A stretch of 64,000 nt of DNA from NCBI RefSeq assembly GCF_009914755.1, contig NC_060931.1. The stretch is one strand, 5' to 3'. The stretch is from the human T2T-CHM13v2.0 reference genome, Homo sapiens. Numbering within the stretch: position 1 is the stretch's first letter; each line of letters opens with the position of its first letter. The position numbers and the translations under genes are program-made. Positions 13,090 through 27,929 of the stretch are shown here, one piece after another. The notes below the pieces were generated by a model. That model did not search any database. It had not been told where the DNA came from and saw only the letters and a list, made by a program, of their open reading frames with translations.

Positions 13090-13501
13090 TTTCACTTGCG
13101 TCCATGTGAAGAGACCACCAAACAGGCTTTGTGTGAGCAACAAGGCTGTTTATTTCACCTGAGTGCAGGCAGGCTGAGTCCAAAAAGAGAGTCAGCAAAG
13201 GGAGATAGGGGTGAGGCCGTTTTATAAGATTTGGGTAGGTAAAGGAAAATTACAGTCAAAGGGGGGTTGTTCTCTGGCGGGCAGGAGTGGGGGTCACAGG
13301 GTGCTCAGTAGGGGAGCTTTTGAGCCAGGATGAGCCAGGAGAAGGAATTTCACAAGATAATGTCATCAGTTAAGGCAGGAACAGGCAATTTTCACTTCTT
13401 TTGTAGTGGAATGTCATGAGTTAAGGCAGGAACCGGCCATCTGGATGTGTACATGCAGGTCACAGGAAATGATGGCTTAGCTTGGGCTCAGAGGCCTGAC
13501 A
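13090..13501 (-). promoter_or_regulatory. HERV-H 5' LTR (LTR7 family) promoter
   Basis: TATAAAA at 13226-13220; two type-I-like repeats (GTTAAGGCAGGAAC); about 94-95% identical to the 3' LTR by eye. Confidence 0.9.
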
Positions 13502-14081
13502 AAAATGTTGTTAATTGCTCTGGTTATAGACAGAATAGTAGCAGGAATAAATAATCAGAAACATTTATGGATTATATCTTTGTTGATATTTTAAACCTAT
13601 CAGTTACCTTTCTAGCCTAATGAGAATGCCTTGATAAAGCCACATTCTTGGAAATTTTGGTTTTCATAAATGTGCTTGGGTTTTATAAGTCCTGCTTTGC
13701 CTACCACTTGACCAAATTCCCTACAGACTTTTTTATATAAATACCTATGGTTAAGACAAAATGTGTTCTTTCAACAATGTACAGCTTCTGAGAGTAATCT
13801 AGGCTGGAGTATATTCATATATATTATTTATGCTTTCATTTAACAAACACATGCTGAGATCCTACTTTTTGCCGGACTTAGTACTGATTGCTCTCTCCTG
13901 AGCATCCTTCTTAAGTCAAAGAGAATATTCATTGTTAGGGAAGGAAAAAAAGATAGAGGGAAAAAAAATAGATGGCAAGAACATGGCAGGAACCCAGTCC
14001 TGAACACCCAGGGGTTTTCAGAATAAGGGAGAGGTTAACAATCTACATAGAACAACTGGGATTAAAAATGGGAAGCTGGCT

Positions 14082-14245
14082 TCATGGGGGGAGGAATAGC
14101 ATTAGGAGATATACCTAATGTAAATGACAAGTTAATGGGTGCAGCACACCAACATAGCACATGTATACATATGTAACAAACCTGCACGTTGTGCACATGT
14201 ACCCTAGAACTTAAAGTATAATAAAAATATATTAAAAAAAAAAAG
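14082..14245 (+). mobile_element. Short 5'-truncated L1PA 3' end
   Basis: GGAGATATACCTAATG...CCCTAGAACTTAAAGTATAATAAA plus A tail; 16-bp TSD AAATGGGAAGCTGGCT (14066-14081, 14246-14261). Confidence 0.95.
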
Positions 14246-14958
14246 AAATGGGAAGCTGGCTGCCAAGACTGCAGGAAGACTGTGTCAGATTCAGAGCATG
14301 ACCATCAGCAAGGTAAATCCCTACTGCCCACAGTCATAATTGGCACCAGACTCTAGGAAGGAATTATATATTTACGTGGTGCCTAATGGGGATGTGAGGA
14401 TCTCAGAGGGAGAAAACTAGGTAGGCACAAATAATACCCGCACAGGCCTTATTTACACCTATTTTATGCAAAGTTCTAATAGAAATCATTAACTGGTTTC
14501 CTAGCCCTTGCAAGATCCAACACAAATTAGTAGAATGTTCTAGAAGGAATAGAAGTAAAAATATCAATCACAGTAAGAACAGGCAGCTAGATGCATATTG
14601 GCAAGAGGGCAGATAAATAGAAAGATGTGAGAAGTCAAAAATCCTATTGCGATCTCATTTTGCAGGGAACCAAAGATCCCAAATAGCTCTCTCTGGAGGC
14701 ACCAGTGTATATATTATTAAAGACTCAGCGAGAAAAGACAATTCACTTTAAGACAGCAAATAAACAAATAAACAATGTGGAGCTGCCATTCCCAATCCAT
14801 TTATCTGGAATAGTTCAGCCTCATTTGGCAATCTGTATTTTTTCTGAAGCCCCACGGGGTCATTAAAAACTCCATAGGTCCCAAATGTATTTGCATAATG
14901 ATAGATGCCATCCCCCTGCCTGACAGTAAAGAAGCAGCAATTTAAAAAGTATGATGCC

Positions 14959-15252
<294 letters not shown>

Positions 15253-15299
15253 TTCATGGTATTATTCTTTTGAGGAAGCATACTAGAAATCAAGAATCA

Positions 15300-15425
15300 G
15301 GCCAAGTGCTGAGGCTCATGCCTGTAATCCTAATGCTTTGGAAGGCTGAGATGGGAGGGCTACTTGAGGCCAGGAGTTCAAGATCAGCCTGGGCAGGACA
15401 GCAAGACTCCAGTCTCCAAAAAAAT
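15300..15425 (+). mobile_element. FLAM / AluJ left monomer
   Basis: GGCCAAGTGCTGAGGCTCATGCCTGTAATCC...GAGGCCAGGAGTTCAAGATCAGCCTGGGC then short A run. Confidence 0.8.
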
Positions 15426-15593
15426 ATTTTTAATTAAAAAAGGACCAGTCTTATTAAAGTAAACTGCAGTCCTGTTACTGATCTTAGTATCAAAGCAATG
15501 TTAGAGCCCACGTGGGATTCACACCTCCTAGAGTTCACAGCACAAGTTTGCTGTAACAGTAGATAAGGTCTTGGTTGCCCTGAGCTCATTTCT

Positions 15594-15865
15594 TTTTTTT
15601 TTTTAGACGGAGTCTTGCTCTTTCGCCCAGGCTGAAGTGCAGTGGTGCGATCTCGGCTCACTGCAAGCTCCGCCTCCCGGGTTCATGCCATTGTCCTGCC
15701 TCAGCCTCCTGAGTAGCTGGAACTACAGGCACCACGCCCGGCTAATTTTTTGTATTTTTAGTAGAGACGGGGATTCACCATGGTCTCAATCTCCTGACCT
15801 CGTGATCCGCCTAACTCGGCCTCCCAAAGTGCTGGGATTACAGGCGTGAGCCTCCGTGCCCGGCC
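15594..15865 (-). mobile_element. AluY-like with two short internal deletions
   Basis: GCAAGCTCCGCCTCCCGGGTTCA diagnostic; 18-bp TSD TGCCCTGAGCTCATTTCT (15576-15593, 15867-15884). Confidence 0.93.
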
Positions 15866-16906
15866 CTGCCCTGAGCTCATTTCTAAATCCATCTTCCTCC
15901 AAGGTGGTGGCAAGCATGCTTCTTTATCCCGGAGAGATGGCCCTTTCATCAAAGTCTCATTCAGACCCTTCTCCTTTTGGAATGCTTTTCTTGGGAGGTT
16001 GGCTGGGATGCCTACTACTCTTGAGGATCTGCCTCTGATACAGCCTAGATCTTAGAATCAGGAGAGTTTCTTGCAGGCCCATCAGTTACTGTGAAAGATA
16101 CCTGAGCTAGTTGGCTCACAATCCACATCCATCAAACCGCCCCCTGCAGAGAAGTCACCCGGCTGTCGCCTGCTTGGCTTGCCCTGCCTCTCGCCATTCT
16201 CATTTCATTAGCAATGCGAATGTTCACACCCTTCAATGTGCATATGATGGGTGTTAATGAGCATAACACATCTGTGAAGCGTGTGTGATTTTTTTGCCTA
16301 ATAAATAGGCAGTAAACAAGAGGAAGGGAAGAGCTACTATCTGGGGGCATCTGAGAAAACAAAAAGCAAGCAAGGTATGAGTCAGATTGATTGTTCAGTG
16401 AATCCCAAAGGGCCAAAAACTTCCTAAACTGGTTTTGGTGTTTCTCACTAGGTGTTTGGACAGCTTGGAACCTGGATAGTCCCACCTACCCAAAAGCATT
16501 CAAATTAGGCATGCTTTTAACAAAGCAGGTGGCATGGCATGTAAATTGTAGGAACACTGTTAACCTTTGCAAATGAGTTTCGTGGTCCGAATGGATAATT
16601 ACATATTTCCCTCCATTAGGAGCTACAAACTCATCAAGATTCTACAACCAACCGGCTCTTGAGTTTCAATCTCCATGTGACAAGGGGATTTATTATGAGA
16701 GGGCAGAGAGAAAAGAGGAACACCGCTCTCTTTCTCTGCAATGGAATGATGGTCAGAAAAGAACAGATCAAAGGAATAAACCTGCTCTCCTATTAACTCA
16801 GCTTACCAATTCTGGCCTACATTTTCAAAGTTATCAGTAATCAAAACATTGGGAAAGGAATTACAACCTCTTCTCCTGAAAGTTTAACAACTTCCCCATG
16901 AAGCAC

Positions 16907-17010
16907 TGCTTTTGATTGCATTACAAGCTATTCCTGAAGAATTTATGACCTAAGATACTCTTTGTCAATGTAGGCCATTTGTCCATGAGTGGAGTGACTG
17001 ATAAATCAGC
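16907..17010 (+). repeat. Copy 1 of a 104-bp diverged direct repeat
   Basis: Ungapped match to 18753-18856, 15 mismatches counted by hand. Confidence 0.9.
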
Positions 17011-17359
17011 TATTAACATAGATAAGAAAGCATATCGATTGAGTCAACTTTGTGTTTAATAATATGCTAGACAGTAATGATGCCTGGAAAATACACTCTG
17101 TAATTAAGTACTTTTCCCTTTATATTTCATGAAGACTCTTGTATATTTTATTCTGGCAAAATAGATTGTGACTAACATCTCATAGAAAAGATCATCATAT
17201 TGTGATCCTATATCTTTATCATAAAAGTGAATTTGAGGGAAATTTTTATAATTTTTCAATATAAAAATTATTAAGATATCAAAACTCTTTGTTTTTTCAC
17301 TACTCCAAGGTTTATTTCATCATCTTAAAAACCTTGTGAATACAATCAGTCTGCTAGGT

Positions 17360-17886
17360 CAGGGGTCACCAACCTAGGGCCATGGACACCTACCGTGGCC
17401 TGTTAGGAACCAGGCCACACAGCAGGAGGTGAATGGCAGACACGCAATTGAAGCTTCATATGTGTTTACAACTGCTCCCCATGGCTCGCATTACCACCTG
17501 AGCTCCACCTTCTGTCAGCTCGGCAGCAACACTAGATTCTCATAGGAGCACAAACCCGATTGTGTACTGTGCATGCGAGGGATCTAGGTTGCACACTCCT
17601 TATGAGAATCTAATGCTTGATGATCTGTCAGTATCTCCCATCACCCCTGAGATGGGACCATCTAGTTGCAGGATAACAAGCTCAGGGCTCCCCTTGATTC
17701 TGCATTATAGTAAGTTGTATAGTTATTTCATTATATATTACAATGTAATAATAATAATAGAAATAAAGTGCATAATAAATGCAATGTGCTTGAATCATCC
17801 CAAAACCATCCCCTACTCCCCTAGTCCACGGAAAAGCTGTCTTCTGCAAGACTGGTCCCTGGTGCCAAAAAGATTGCAGACCACTC
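17360..17886 (+). mobile_element. MER1A-like hAT-Charlie element
   Basis: CAGGGGTCACCAACC start, GGTGCCAAAAAGATTGCAGACCACTC end, perfect 8-bp TSD TGCTAGGT (17352-17359, 17887-17894). Confidence 0.9.
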
Positions 17887-18237
17887 TGCTAGGTAGAACT
17901 GCATTCTTGTGATTATGTATTTTAATGAGCGCATTTCCTTTTCATATGGAGAAGGGAACCACATTGCCTTAATTCCCCAACTTCTGCCCCAAAGCTTTCT
18001 AGGCCAATATGGCTGCATTCGAGTTGCTGATGGCTGTGCTACCCTCCCAGGGCTGATGTACAGTTTCCTGCCTGGGCCATGTCACCAATCACTAGGGTTT
18101 AGGAGGCTATAGTCAGATCTTGCAGAATATGTCAGTCTCATTCTCTGTAGAATTTTTTGTTTGCCTGTTTTTTTCTTCTCTTTGGCACTGGACTATGGGC
18201 AGTGGCAGTTAGTGGTAGATCCAGGGTGGAGAGCTGA

Positions 18238-18582
<345 letters not shown>

Positions 18583-18752
18583 TAGGTTCCCACTATTCCA
18601 CCCCACCTGTGCTAGACCCTGTGGTGACAACAAAGGTGAAACAGACATGCTGACTGTCATTAAAACACTGACAATCTAAACTAAGAAAGATGAAAAAAAT
18701 TAATTGAATACCCAGTGGAAAGTAAGAAGGAATAGTTTTAACCTCCTTAAAA

Positions 18753-18856
18753 TGCTTTTGATTGCATTATAAACTATTCCTGAAGACTTAATGATCCAAG
18801 ATACTACTTGTCAATGTAGGCTATTCGTCAATGAGTGGAGAGACTGGTAAATTGGC
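18753..18856 (+). repeat. Copy 2 of the 104-bp diverged direct repeat
   Basis: See 16907-17010. Confidence 0.9.
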
Positions 18857-19782
18857 AGTTCATGTGATACATACGCTTTCAGAGTAAAGAGAGGTTTCTT
18901 CTAATAATGAGAGGAGCGCCTGGCCAGAGAGACCCAGGAAACATATGCAAATACTAGAAATAGCCCCAAGTAGCAAGTGTGGCTATAGATGGTACACGTG
19001 AAGGAGAGTAGTGGGGTTAGACCGTGAAGCCACGAAGAACCAGGTTAAGGAATTTAGACTTTTATTTGGTAGGCAGTGGAGAGATGTTGAATTTTTTTTT
19101 CAAACAGTGGAGTACAGTGAGGAAGGCAGGAGACTTTGCAGAAGGAAATCAGGAATTCCAACCAATGTGTTGAGTGTAGGATTCTAAATCCAGCACAAAA
19201 AAACCTTCAAAGCAGCAGGGAAAGGGTTTGGCTCTGATTCAGCCTCAGTGGTTATACTGTTGCCATCAGGGAGCTGGGCTTGGGGGTGGACAGAGGCTGG
19301 TGGCAGAGGGAGGGATGGAGGGACAGAGCTGAGTTTTTCCAAAGCAGAAGAAGACGGTTTTGCAACCTAGCACACCATCTGGGTCAGATTTATCAAACAA
19401 GATTATTTGTTGACAGACCATGGTTATTTCCCATTTAAAGGAAGCAATACATATATTGTATCCAAAATGGCTCCCCAAAAGCAGCGTTGAGCTGATGCAA
19501 AAGATCAGTCCATTCTCCCAGCAAAAGAGCAGTCTCTTGACATCCCAGGTAGGAGGGATTCATGTATTTCACAAAATGTGTCCAATGCAATCATCAGGCA
19601 AATAATATTTTAATGTTTTCTTGACATGCTGAGAGTAAACTTGCTTCGATGCACTGTCTCCTTCTAGGCACATTACTCTGGAGTAAAAGAAGAGAGGAAA
19701 GAGACAGAGGAAAGAAAAAATATGTAATCACATATGAACTGCAAAAGAATTCTAGCTGAGGTTCTTAGAACTATAAATTCTT

Positions 19783-20124
<342 letters not shown>

Positions 20125-20949
20125 TAAAATTTGGGAGGAACCATCAAGAAAGAAAGCCTAAGCCTTGTAACCATATGCCAACCTACATTGGTCTACTCCC
20201 TCTGCCACGCTAGGCATTTCACACTCTCGTACACTCTGAGGGAAACTCGAGAAACAAGTGTAATAAGAAATATTCCCGCTAGAGCATGGCAGCCATAAGC
20301 TACCAAATTTTTGTTATAAAATAGAAATATACTTCTAGATGTAAACATGTATATGCTTATATCTAACCTCTCTAGGATAACTTTTGTAAGTGGATTTTAA
20401 TATAACTAAAACTGGATGCTAAAGAAATAGCCCTCTCTTAAAGTTGTACTTGGGCACGTCTAGGATCAAAAAGTTAATAGTTTTGTCTGTGATCAAGGAG
20501 TTAATTTTTTGCTGCAATATGTTTACATCTAACATTCTTTTGAGCTATCCACAATCTGGTTATATATCAGTTTATCCAACCTTATTTCTCCTTTCCTACT
20601 TCAAAGACCTCCATTCAAGCCGTTCTCCAAGCTCTTGCCTAAATAAGTAGTTTTGTTTTGTTTTGTTTTGTTGTTTTTTGGGGTTTTTTTTTTTTTTTCA
20701 AATTTTTTCCTCACTTCTAAGTTTCATTCAGGGACTACCTTTCCCCACTTCCCCTCATCATTCTCTTTTTCTAAAATCTATCCATCCTTCAAAGCCCAGG
20801 TTGAAATTTGTCCTCTTCCTGAAATCGCCCCAAAAATGTGCCAAATCATTCAGATCTCTGCCATCTCTGAGTCTTATAAATCAAATTCTTAGTGGCATTC
20901 ATTTGACTAAGAATAATAAATACATCACTATTGTTATAATCACCATAAT

Positions 20950-21150
20950 ACCTGGTGCTGTTGTTAGATGCTTTACCTATGTTACCTCTTATCCAGACAA
21001 TCCTGTCCTATCACCCCCATTTTACGTGAGAAGAAACCGAGGTTCATAAAGGTTAAATAACTAGTCCAAGTTCACATAGCTAGCAAGTGACAGTCATAAT
21101 AGTGGTTCAGACCCAGAACCGACTGGCTTAAAAATCCATGGTCCTTCTTC
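20950..21150 (-). mobile_element. MIR
   Basis: CCCATTTTAC...GAAACCGAGG...GGTTAAATAACT...CCAAGTTCACATAGCTAG core. Confidence 0.75.
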
Positions 21151-21183
21151 TGTGCCATATGGCTTCCCAATTATGGATTTCTT

Positions 21184-21255
21184 TTTTTTTTTTTTTTTTT
21201 TTTTTTTCAGATTGTGATTTAGGTTTATTCTTTTTTTTTTATACTTAAAGTTTTA
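21184..21255 (-). mobile_element. Minimal L1 insertion with 3' transduction
   Basis: Minus strand: TAAAACTTTAAGTAT (L1 3' end) + A10 + GAATAAACCTAAATCACAATCTG + A24-26, between TSDs AAGAAATCC. Confidence 0.8.
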
Positions 21256-21769
21256 GGATTTCTTACATTACTTTTTAACAAACGTATTTTGTGCATGATT
21301 CTAAGAGGTAGTACACTTTTTTTTTTTAATTGTTTGCCTCATTTTCCCACCATGCCTACTTTTCACTTTGCTGAACCCGTATAGAGTGTCTGGTTAATGT
21401 TAGAGAAATTGAATTGAATTCCTGACATTTGGGCCCTTTTCTTGAGTTCCTCTTCTTTGTCCATAGATGAATCATCCCATTACATCTAACTCCGTTGGAC
21501 AGCTTGCTTCTTCCTCAATTGTATGTGAATAGTTTTCAATCCACTTTACTAAAATCTAATAGTCACCATCTGTGTCTGCTATATAAATGTGAACTCTTGA
21601 AAACACTAACATTTGTGGGTCAGAAATTAGAGGACAGTAAAATAAACCACTGGAACTGTGAAGAGGGAGGAGGCGTGAAGAGGCACTCCCCTCTCTGCTG
21701 TCTGTGGGTCAACCTTTCCGGCCTGCCTGTTTCTCAAACTGAGTGAGACTTGTCTCTGAAGCCCCATTT

Positions 21770-22068
<299 letters not shown>

Positions 22069-22199
22069 TCTGAAACCCCATTTAATTTTCCAAATGAAGG
22101 TGATGTGTCCCAGGCATCATACATAGGCAAGAACCCACAAAGTGGCAGAGGAGCAGGAGCAAAGGGGCCTGGGCACCCCCTGGAAAGTCATCATACAGC

Positions 22200-22792
<593 letters not shown>

Positions 22793-23927
22793 CTGATTTA
22801 TAAGCAGAATATTTAAGACTGTTGAGAAGCCATACCCATTCTAATCAGGCAGAGCAGAAGGTTAAAAATCCACAACGCTTACTTTTGAGTTGTGTTGAAA
22901 CCATTGAAAATATCTGTGTCAAACTGATTAATTACCTCGGTTTACAGAATCAGCTTTTTAACATACATAGCAAATTCTATATGCTAGCCAATGGCAAGCC
23001 AGATCTCAAGCAAGGCCATTCTTGTAAAATAAATGGACAGATTTTTGTCTTTTCTATTGTATAAGATTCTAAAGCCTTGAAAGCAGTAATATAGAATCTC
23101 CTTAAATACAAATTTAAGCATCTTTTCACGTTTATGGCCTCAGTGCCTGTTTATAAAAGTAGTTTTGTAAGAAAAACAGTGTAAGAAAAACATCTAAGAG
23201 TAGATGATAAAGACCTATCCTTGTGTGACCTTCAGATGGAAAAGCATAGATTTAATCTGAGATTCCAGAACCCACCTAGTTTTTAACTTCATTTGTTTGT
23301 CTAACTTAAGAACGTGAGTCACAACTAACAAAGACCATCTGGTGCTGTTCTTCCCTCCTAGGAGAATGTCTCCAGAAGTAAATAAAGGAGAATCTTGTCC
23401 ATGCAAGCTACTCTCAGTTCCAATAGAAAACCATTTCAGCATCTAATTCAGAGAGTTGCACAGGAGATGGCCAAAGGCACTATCTGCCATATGTCTGCGT
23501 CTCCAGCCCAGCCATGACCCCAAACCAATAGATTTATTTTTAGGTAGTATCATGTAAACATAGAACTTTTTAAACTAGCAAGTTGGGGAAACTTCATGAT
23601 TAGTCAATCTGCTAGCACATAGCAGAAGCTGGTGGGTGCCTTCCCAGCAGCCAGCTCCTCTTTCTCCTACCTCATAGCACCCCAGTTATTTTCAGGCATC
23701 TACCCTCCTCCACACAGCCAAGAACTTCAGGGAGGCTATTTCCTTCCCCAGGCCCAAGGAGCACAGCGTGGAAGGGGAAAGAGAGAGGTTCATGGACGGC
23801 TCTACCATGATGCCATGTGTCTGCTAGTAAACTTCTACTGACTGACTGAGCATGCCCCAGGTGAAATACCCTCCAGTACCTCCTTCTGTTTTTGGACTTA
23901 CCTGTTGTCTTTCTCCAACCTGGAGAC

Positions 23928-24090
23928 TCTCAACCCTTACTGCAAATTACTGCCACGTGGGGAGCTTTTAAAAACCTGCAGACACCCAAGTGCACCCAAG
24001 AGAGCCTGTTTCAATGGACCTATGCAAACAGGTTTTTTTTTTTCATTAAGTTCTCTGGGTGATTGTAATGTACAGCCAACAATGAGAAAT
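23928..24090. mobile_element. MER5A-like hAT MITE
   Basis: CTCTCAACC...GGGGAGCTTTTAAAAA...CTGGGTGATTGTAATGTACAGCCA. Confidence 0.55.
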
Positions 24091-24479
24091 GTTATACTAA
24101 TTCCATTACTTTGACCCTGTCTTTGAGATGCTTTGGGAGAGCTTGGCGCTCAGGACCATCTTTGGGGATCTTTTCCATCATCCAGAGGGAAGCTGGATCT
24201 TAGAGTCTGGCCTCTCGGTTATGGGTCCTGATGTTTTTTCATTGTGTATGGTTTCCATGATCTGTCCTCTGCAATAAAACAGACATTGCTTTCTATATGT
24301 AATTCTACTCATCCTTTTGGGGTCTCTCTTCGTTACCATCTGCCCTTCCATCTTGCCATCTCACTCCTCACTCCCATGATTCTGGACCAAACTAACCAGC
24401 ATTCCTAATCTAGTCTCTTCTTGGAAGGATTTGAAACGGGGAAGCAGCTCTTCAGGAAAGAAAATAAATAGAGCAAATG

Positions 24480-24848
<369 letters not shown>

Positions 24849-25977
24849 TCACACCCAGGTAAACAAGGCAGCTTCCTTCTGCTCATACACGTGCTCCCCT
24901 CTGGAAGAGCCAGGTTTGCAACGGGCTCGCAGTGGCTTTCTCATCCTGGCAGCATCCAGTTTCTTGTGGACGTTGCTGCATCCCAACCACCTAGCAGATT
25001 ACACGAAGGAGTGAAATACCTACCACTGAAAAGAATGAACCCACAGAGAAGGGTGGCCTCACTGCTCCCAGGGGCTGCTGCAGTGGCCCGTGGGCAGCTA
25101 GACTGGCCTGCAGGGGACTGACCCTGGTGGACGCCTGAGTCTATGTGCCACCATCTACCCTGTGATAAGTGTAGCTCCGACATGATGTACCTTTGCCTGT
25201 TGATTTCCAAGGACAATTATTTTAGCATTTCAAAATTCAGCTCAAGTGCTGGACGACTTCTCCCTGAGTTTTGCTGTTTGCCAGCAGCCTCCTCTTGGCA
25301 TGCTCCCTTTCCAACATCCTCACTGAACTTGTTACTATTACCACCATGTACTTAGAGAATGCAACTATCAAGTGCTATTGAACACACCTTGTTTTGTAAA
25401 AACCCTGTTGTAAATTGCCTCCTTATTCCTCTGTTCCATGGCCAGTCAAATCACACCCTCATGTAAATAGTGACAAAGACATATTACCCAACTTCAAATT
25501 CCAGACACCTGAGTCACAGGTGTTGTTACCACTACCCCAAACCACAAAGTGGGATTATGTGTCTCCTAGAACCGTATTATAATAGACACTCACTGTCTTG
25601 CAAATTGCTCCTAACTTGGGTAGAATATTTTGTATTTATTACTTTTGAAAATCTATGGGTTTCTATTGCCTGGAAACTCAAGGATTACAGCAGAATTAGA
25701 GAATCTGGTCTCTGGATCACAGATCCCCCCACTGCCCTGCACCGCCCCCACCCCTTTCTCATGGAGACCTAATCATCTCCACACTGGATCCACTCACATG
25801 GATCTTCTGACCTTGATCCAGAGTTTACAGGTAAAATGTCCACCTGAGGACACTGGTTTCTGTTTTGACAAAGGTAGTTAGGGCCTTGGAAAGTTGTGAA
25901 GGAATGGCATATCTCCCAGAACCCTGACTTCCATCAGCATCTTATTCCAGGAGCTCTGAGGAAACCTCTAAGGCACA

Positions 25978-26400
25978 AGTGTGGAAATAAAGACCACCCA
26001 GATGAGAACACGCAGAGGCTATTTATTCAGAGCTTGCTGTAGCAAGAGAGTCAGCCATCGTCACTTGTGCCTGGCAGAGACTCTGAGGCAAGCGGGGAGT
26101 GGGAAAGCTTTCAGGTGGAGAGAGGGGAAGGCTGGGGTGTGCCGGGGCTGGAGCTTGTTGGCCCGGGAAAGCTGGAGGAGGGCTGCCTGACACAGGAGGC
26201 ATCCTGTGTGATTGGTGAGGGGATTATATTTGGCTCCCTCTGGTTGGCCTAAAGTTGGCAGCAGGGACAAAATTAGGGAATCTGGTATCAATTGATCATT
26301 TGGGGCCAGCTTCCTGGAATGTCTGCTGCAGATTGTGGGTCAGCGTGCTGTTGTCGCATATGGCCAAGCTGTTGTCTGTCTGTAGATTCCATCTCTTGGT
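25978..26400 (-). mobile_element. Probable ancient ERV LTR (family not determined)
   Basis: TATTTATTCAGAGCTTGCTGTAGCAAG, GTGATTGGT and GGGACAAAATTAGGGAA resemble an interspersed LTR consensus; AATAAA and CCAAT on the minus strand. Confidence 0.45.
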
Positions 26401-26582
26401 GTTCAATAGGCCTTGGGGCCATGAACTTGTAGGGAGGGTTTTCTCAAGACCTGGGTTATGGAACCAGCATTGAGGTTCACAGAACTCACATCCACCCTCA
26501 AATCAGGGCTGGGTCACAGACAGTTTATTCAAGTGCTCCAGGCACCTGTCCCAGGGTCATTCTCCCTAGAAAGACCCAAACA

Positions 26583-26922
<340 letters not shown>

Positions 26923-27929
26923 TCAAGCCACTTCTCCCTCACTGTGTTCTCCATGCTGCTGCCTGGGGCTGCTGGCCCCCTCCCTGTCTGCAACGGACTC
27001 TGACCCCTGGACCAGGACACCCAGCAGGCTCCCCAGGACCACAGATTCTGTCTGACCTTGGGGATTCTCTGGTGTTTCTGAAAATTGCTGAAAGCTTCCA
27101 GTGGCCATTGCTATGTTATTTGCTAGTCGGCTAAAAAGTTAAACTCCATTTTTATATGGTCTAGATTAGAAGAGAGGAAGAAACACTCCAGAGGCATCAG
27201 AGGCTCAAGAAAATGCCTAGAATGAAGTTCAGACCATCAAGAAGTCCCCGGTGGCTCAGGCACATTCACTGTTTGTTCATTCCTCTGACAGTCACGGACA
27301 GCCCCCTGTGGACAAGGCATGGTGGCGGGCTGGGGACAGTCTTCTACTAGGAGGATGGGGAAGACCTGAGAACAGTGCAGGAACAGAAGGAACAAATGTG
27401 CGGGCTGTGGGTCACAGTATAATAGGAACACAGGACAGAGGCTGAAGATGGCCCCAGGATTTGAGTTACGAGGCCAGTGCTGTGCTATTAGCAACCAAGG
27501 GGACCTGGAAAGGATTGGAAGGGGAAGGTCTTGAGGAGAGGCTCCTGGTAGGTTTTTTCTGATCAATAGTCCCAAGGGTCAAAAATATCAACAGTGACAG
27601 TCAGTGCTGGGATCATTCTCCCTCACAGATCTGAACCCTTGAGTATGTTGATTTTAATGACAGGGACGTTCTTTATCCAGCCTTATGCCTGACCAACTCT
27701 GATTCATCCTTCAAGTGAGGAGATATCTCTTCACCCTCGAAGCTTTCCCTGATGCACACCCCCCGGGCCAGGGCCTGCCCCAGAGCTCCCCACTGCCACC
27801 ATCACTTCCCCAGTGCAGGCCCTTACCCCCGTCTGGCCTGTTGGGCTTATTGACTGAGGCCCCCACCCTCCCCAGCCAGCAGCATGCCTGCCCCACAAAG
27901 CTATCCAGCAAATACAGATTGAGACACAA

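Larger units (their letters stand above)
7300..13501 (-). mobile_element. HERV-H provirus (LTR7-HERVH-int-LTR7), 6202 bp, coding-defective
   Basis: Two ~412-bp LTRs with TGTCA...TGAAA ends, 5-bp TSD AAAAT (7295-7299, 13502-13506), tRNA-His PBS, PPT, gag/pro/pol/env remnants. Confidence 0.97.

Noticed and set aside
14748-14920. Exon-like frame [23 protein letters not shown] after a plausible acceptor
   Set aside because: No family recognised, the ORF start lies in an Alu, and there is no good donor. Treated as chance.
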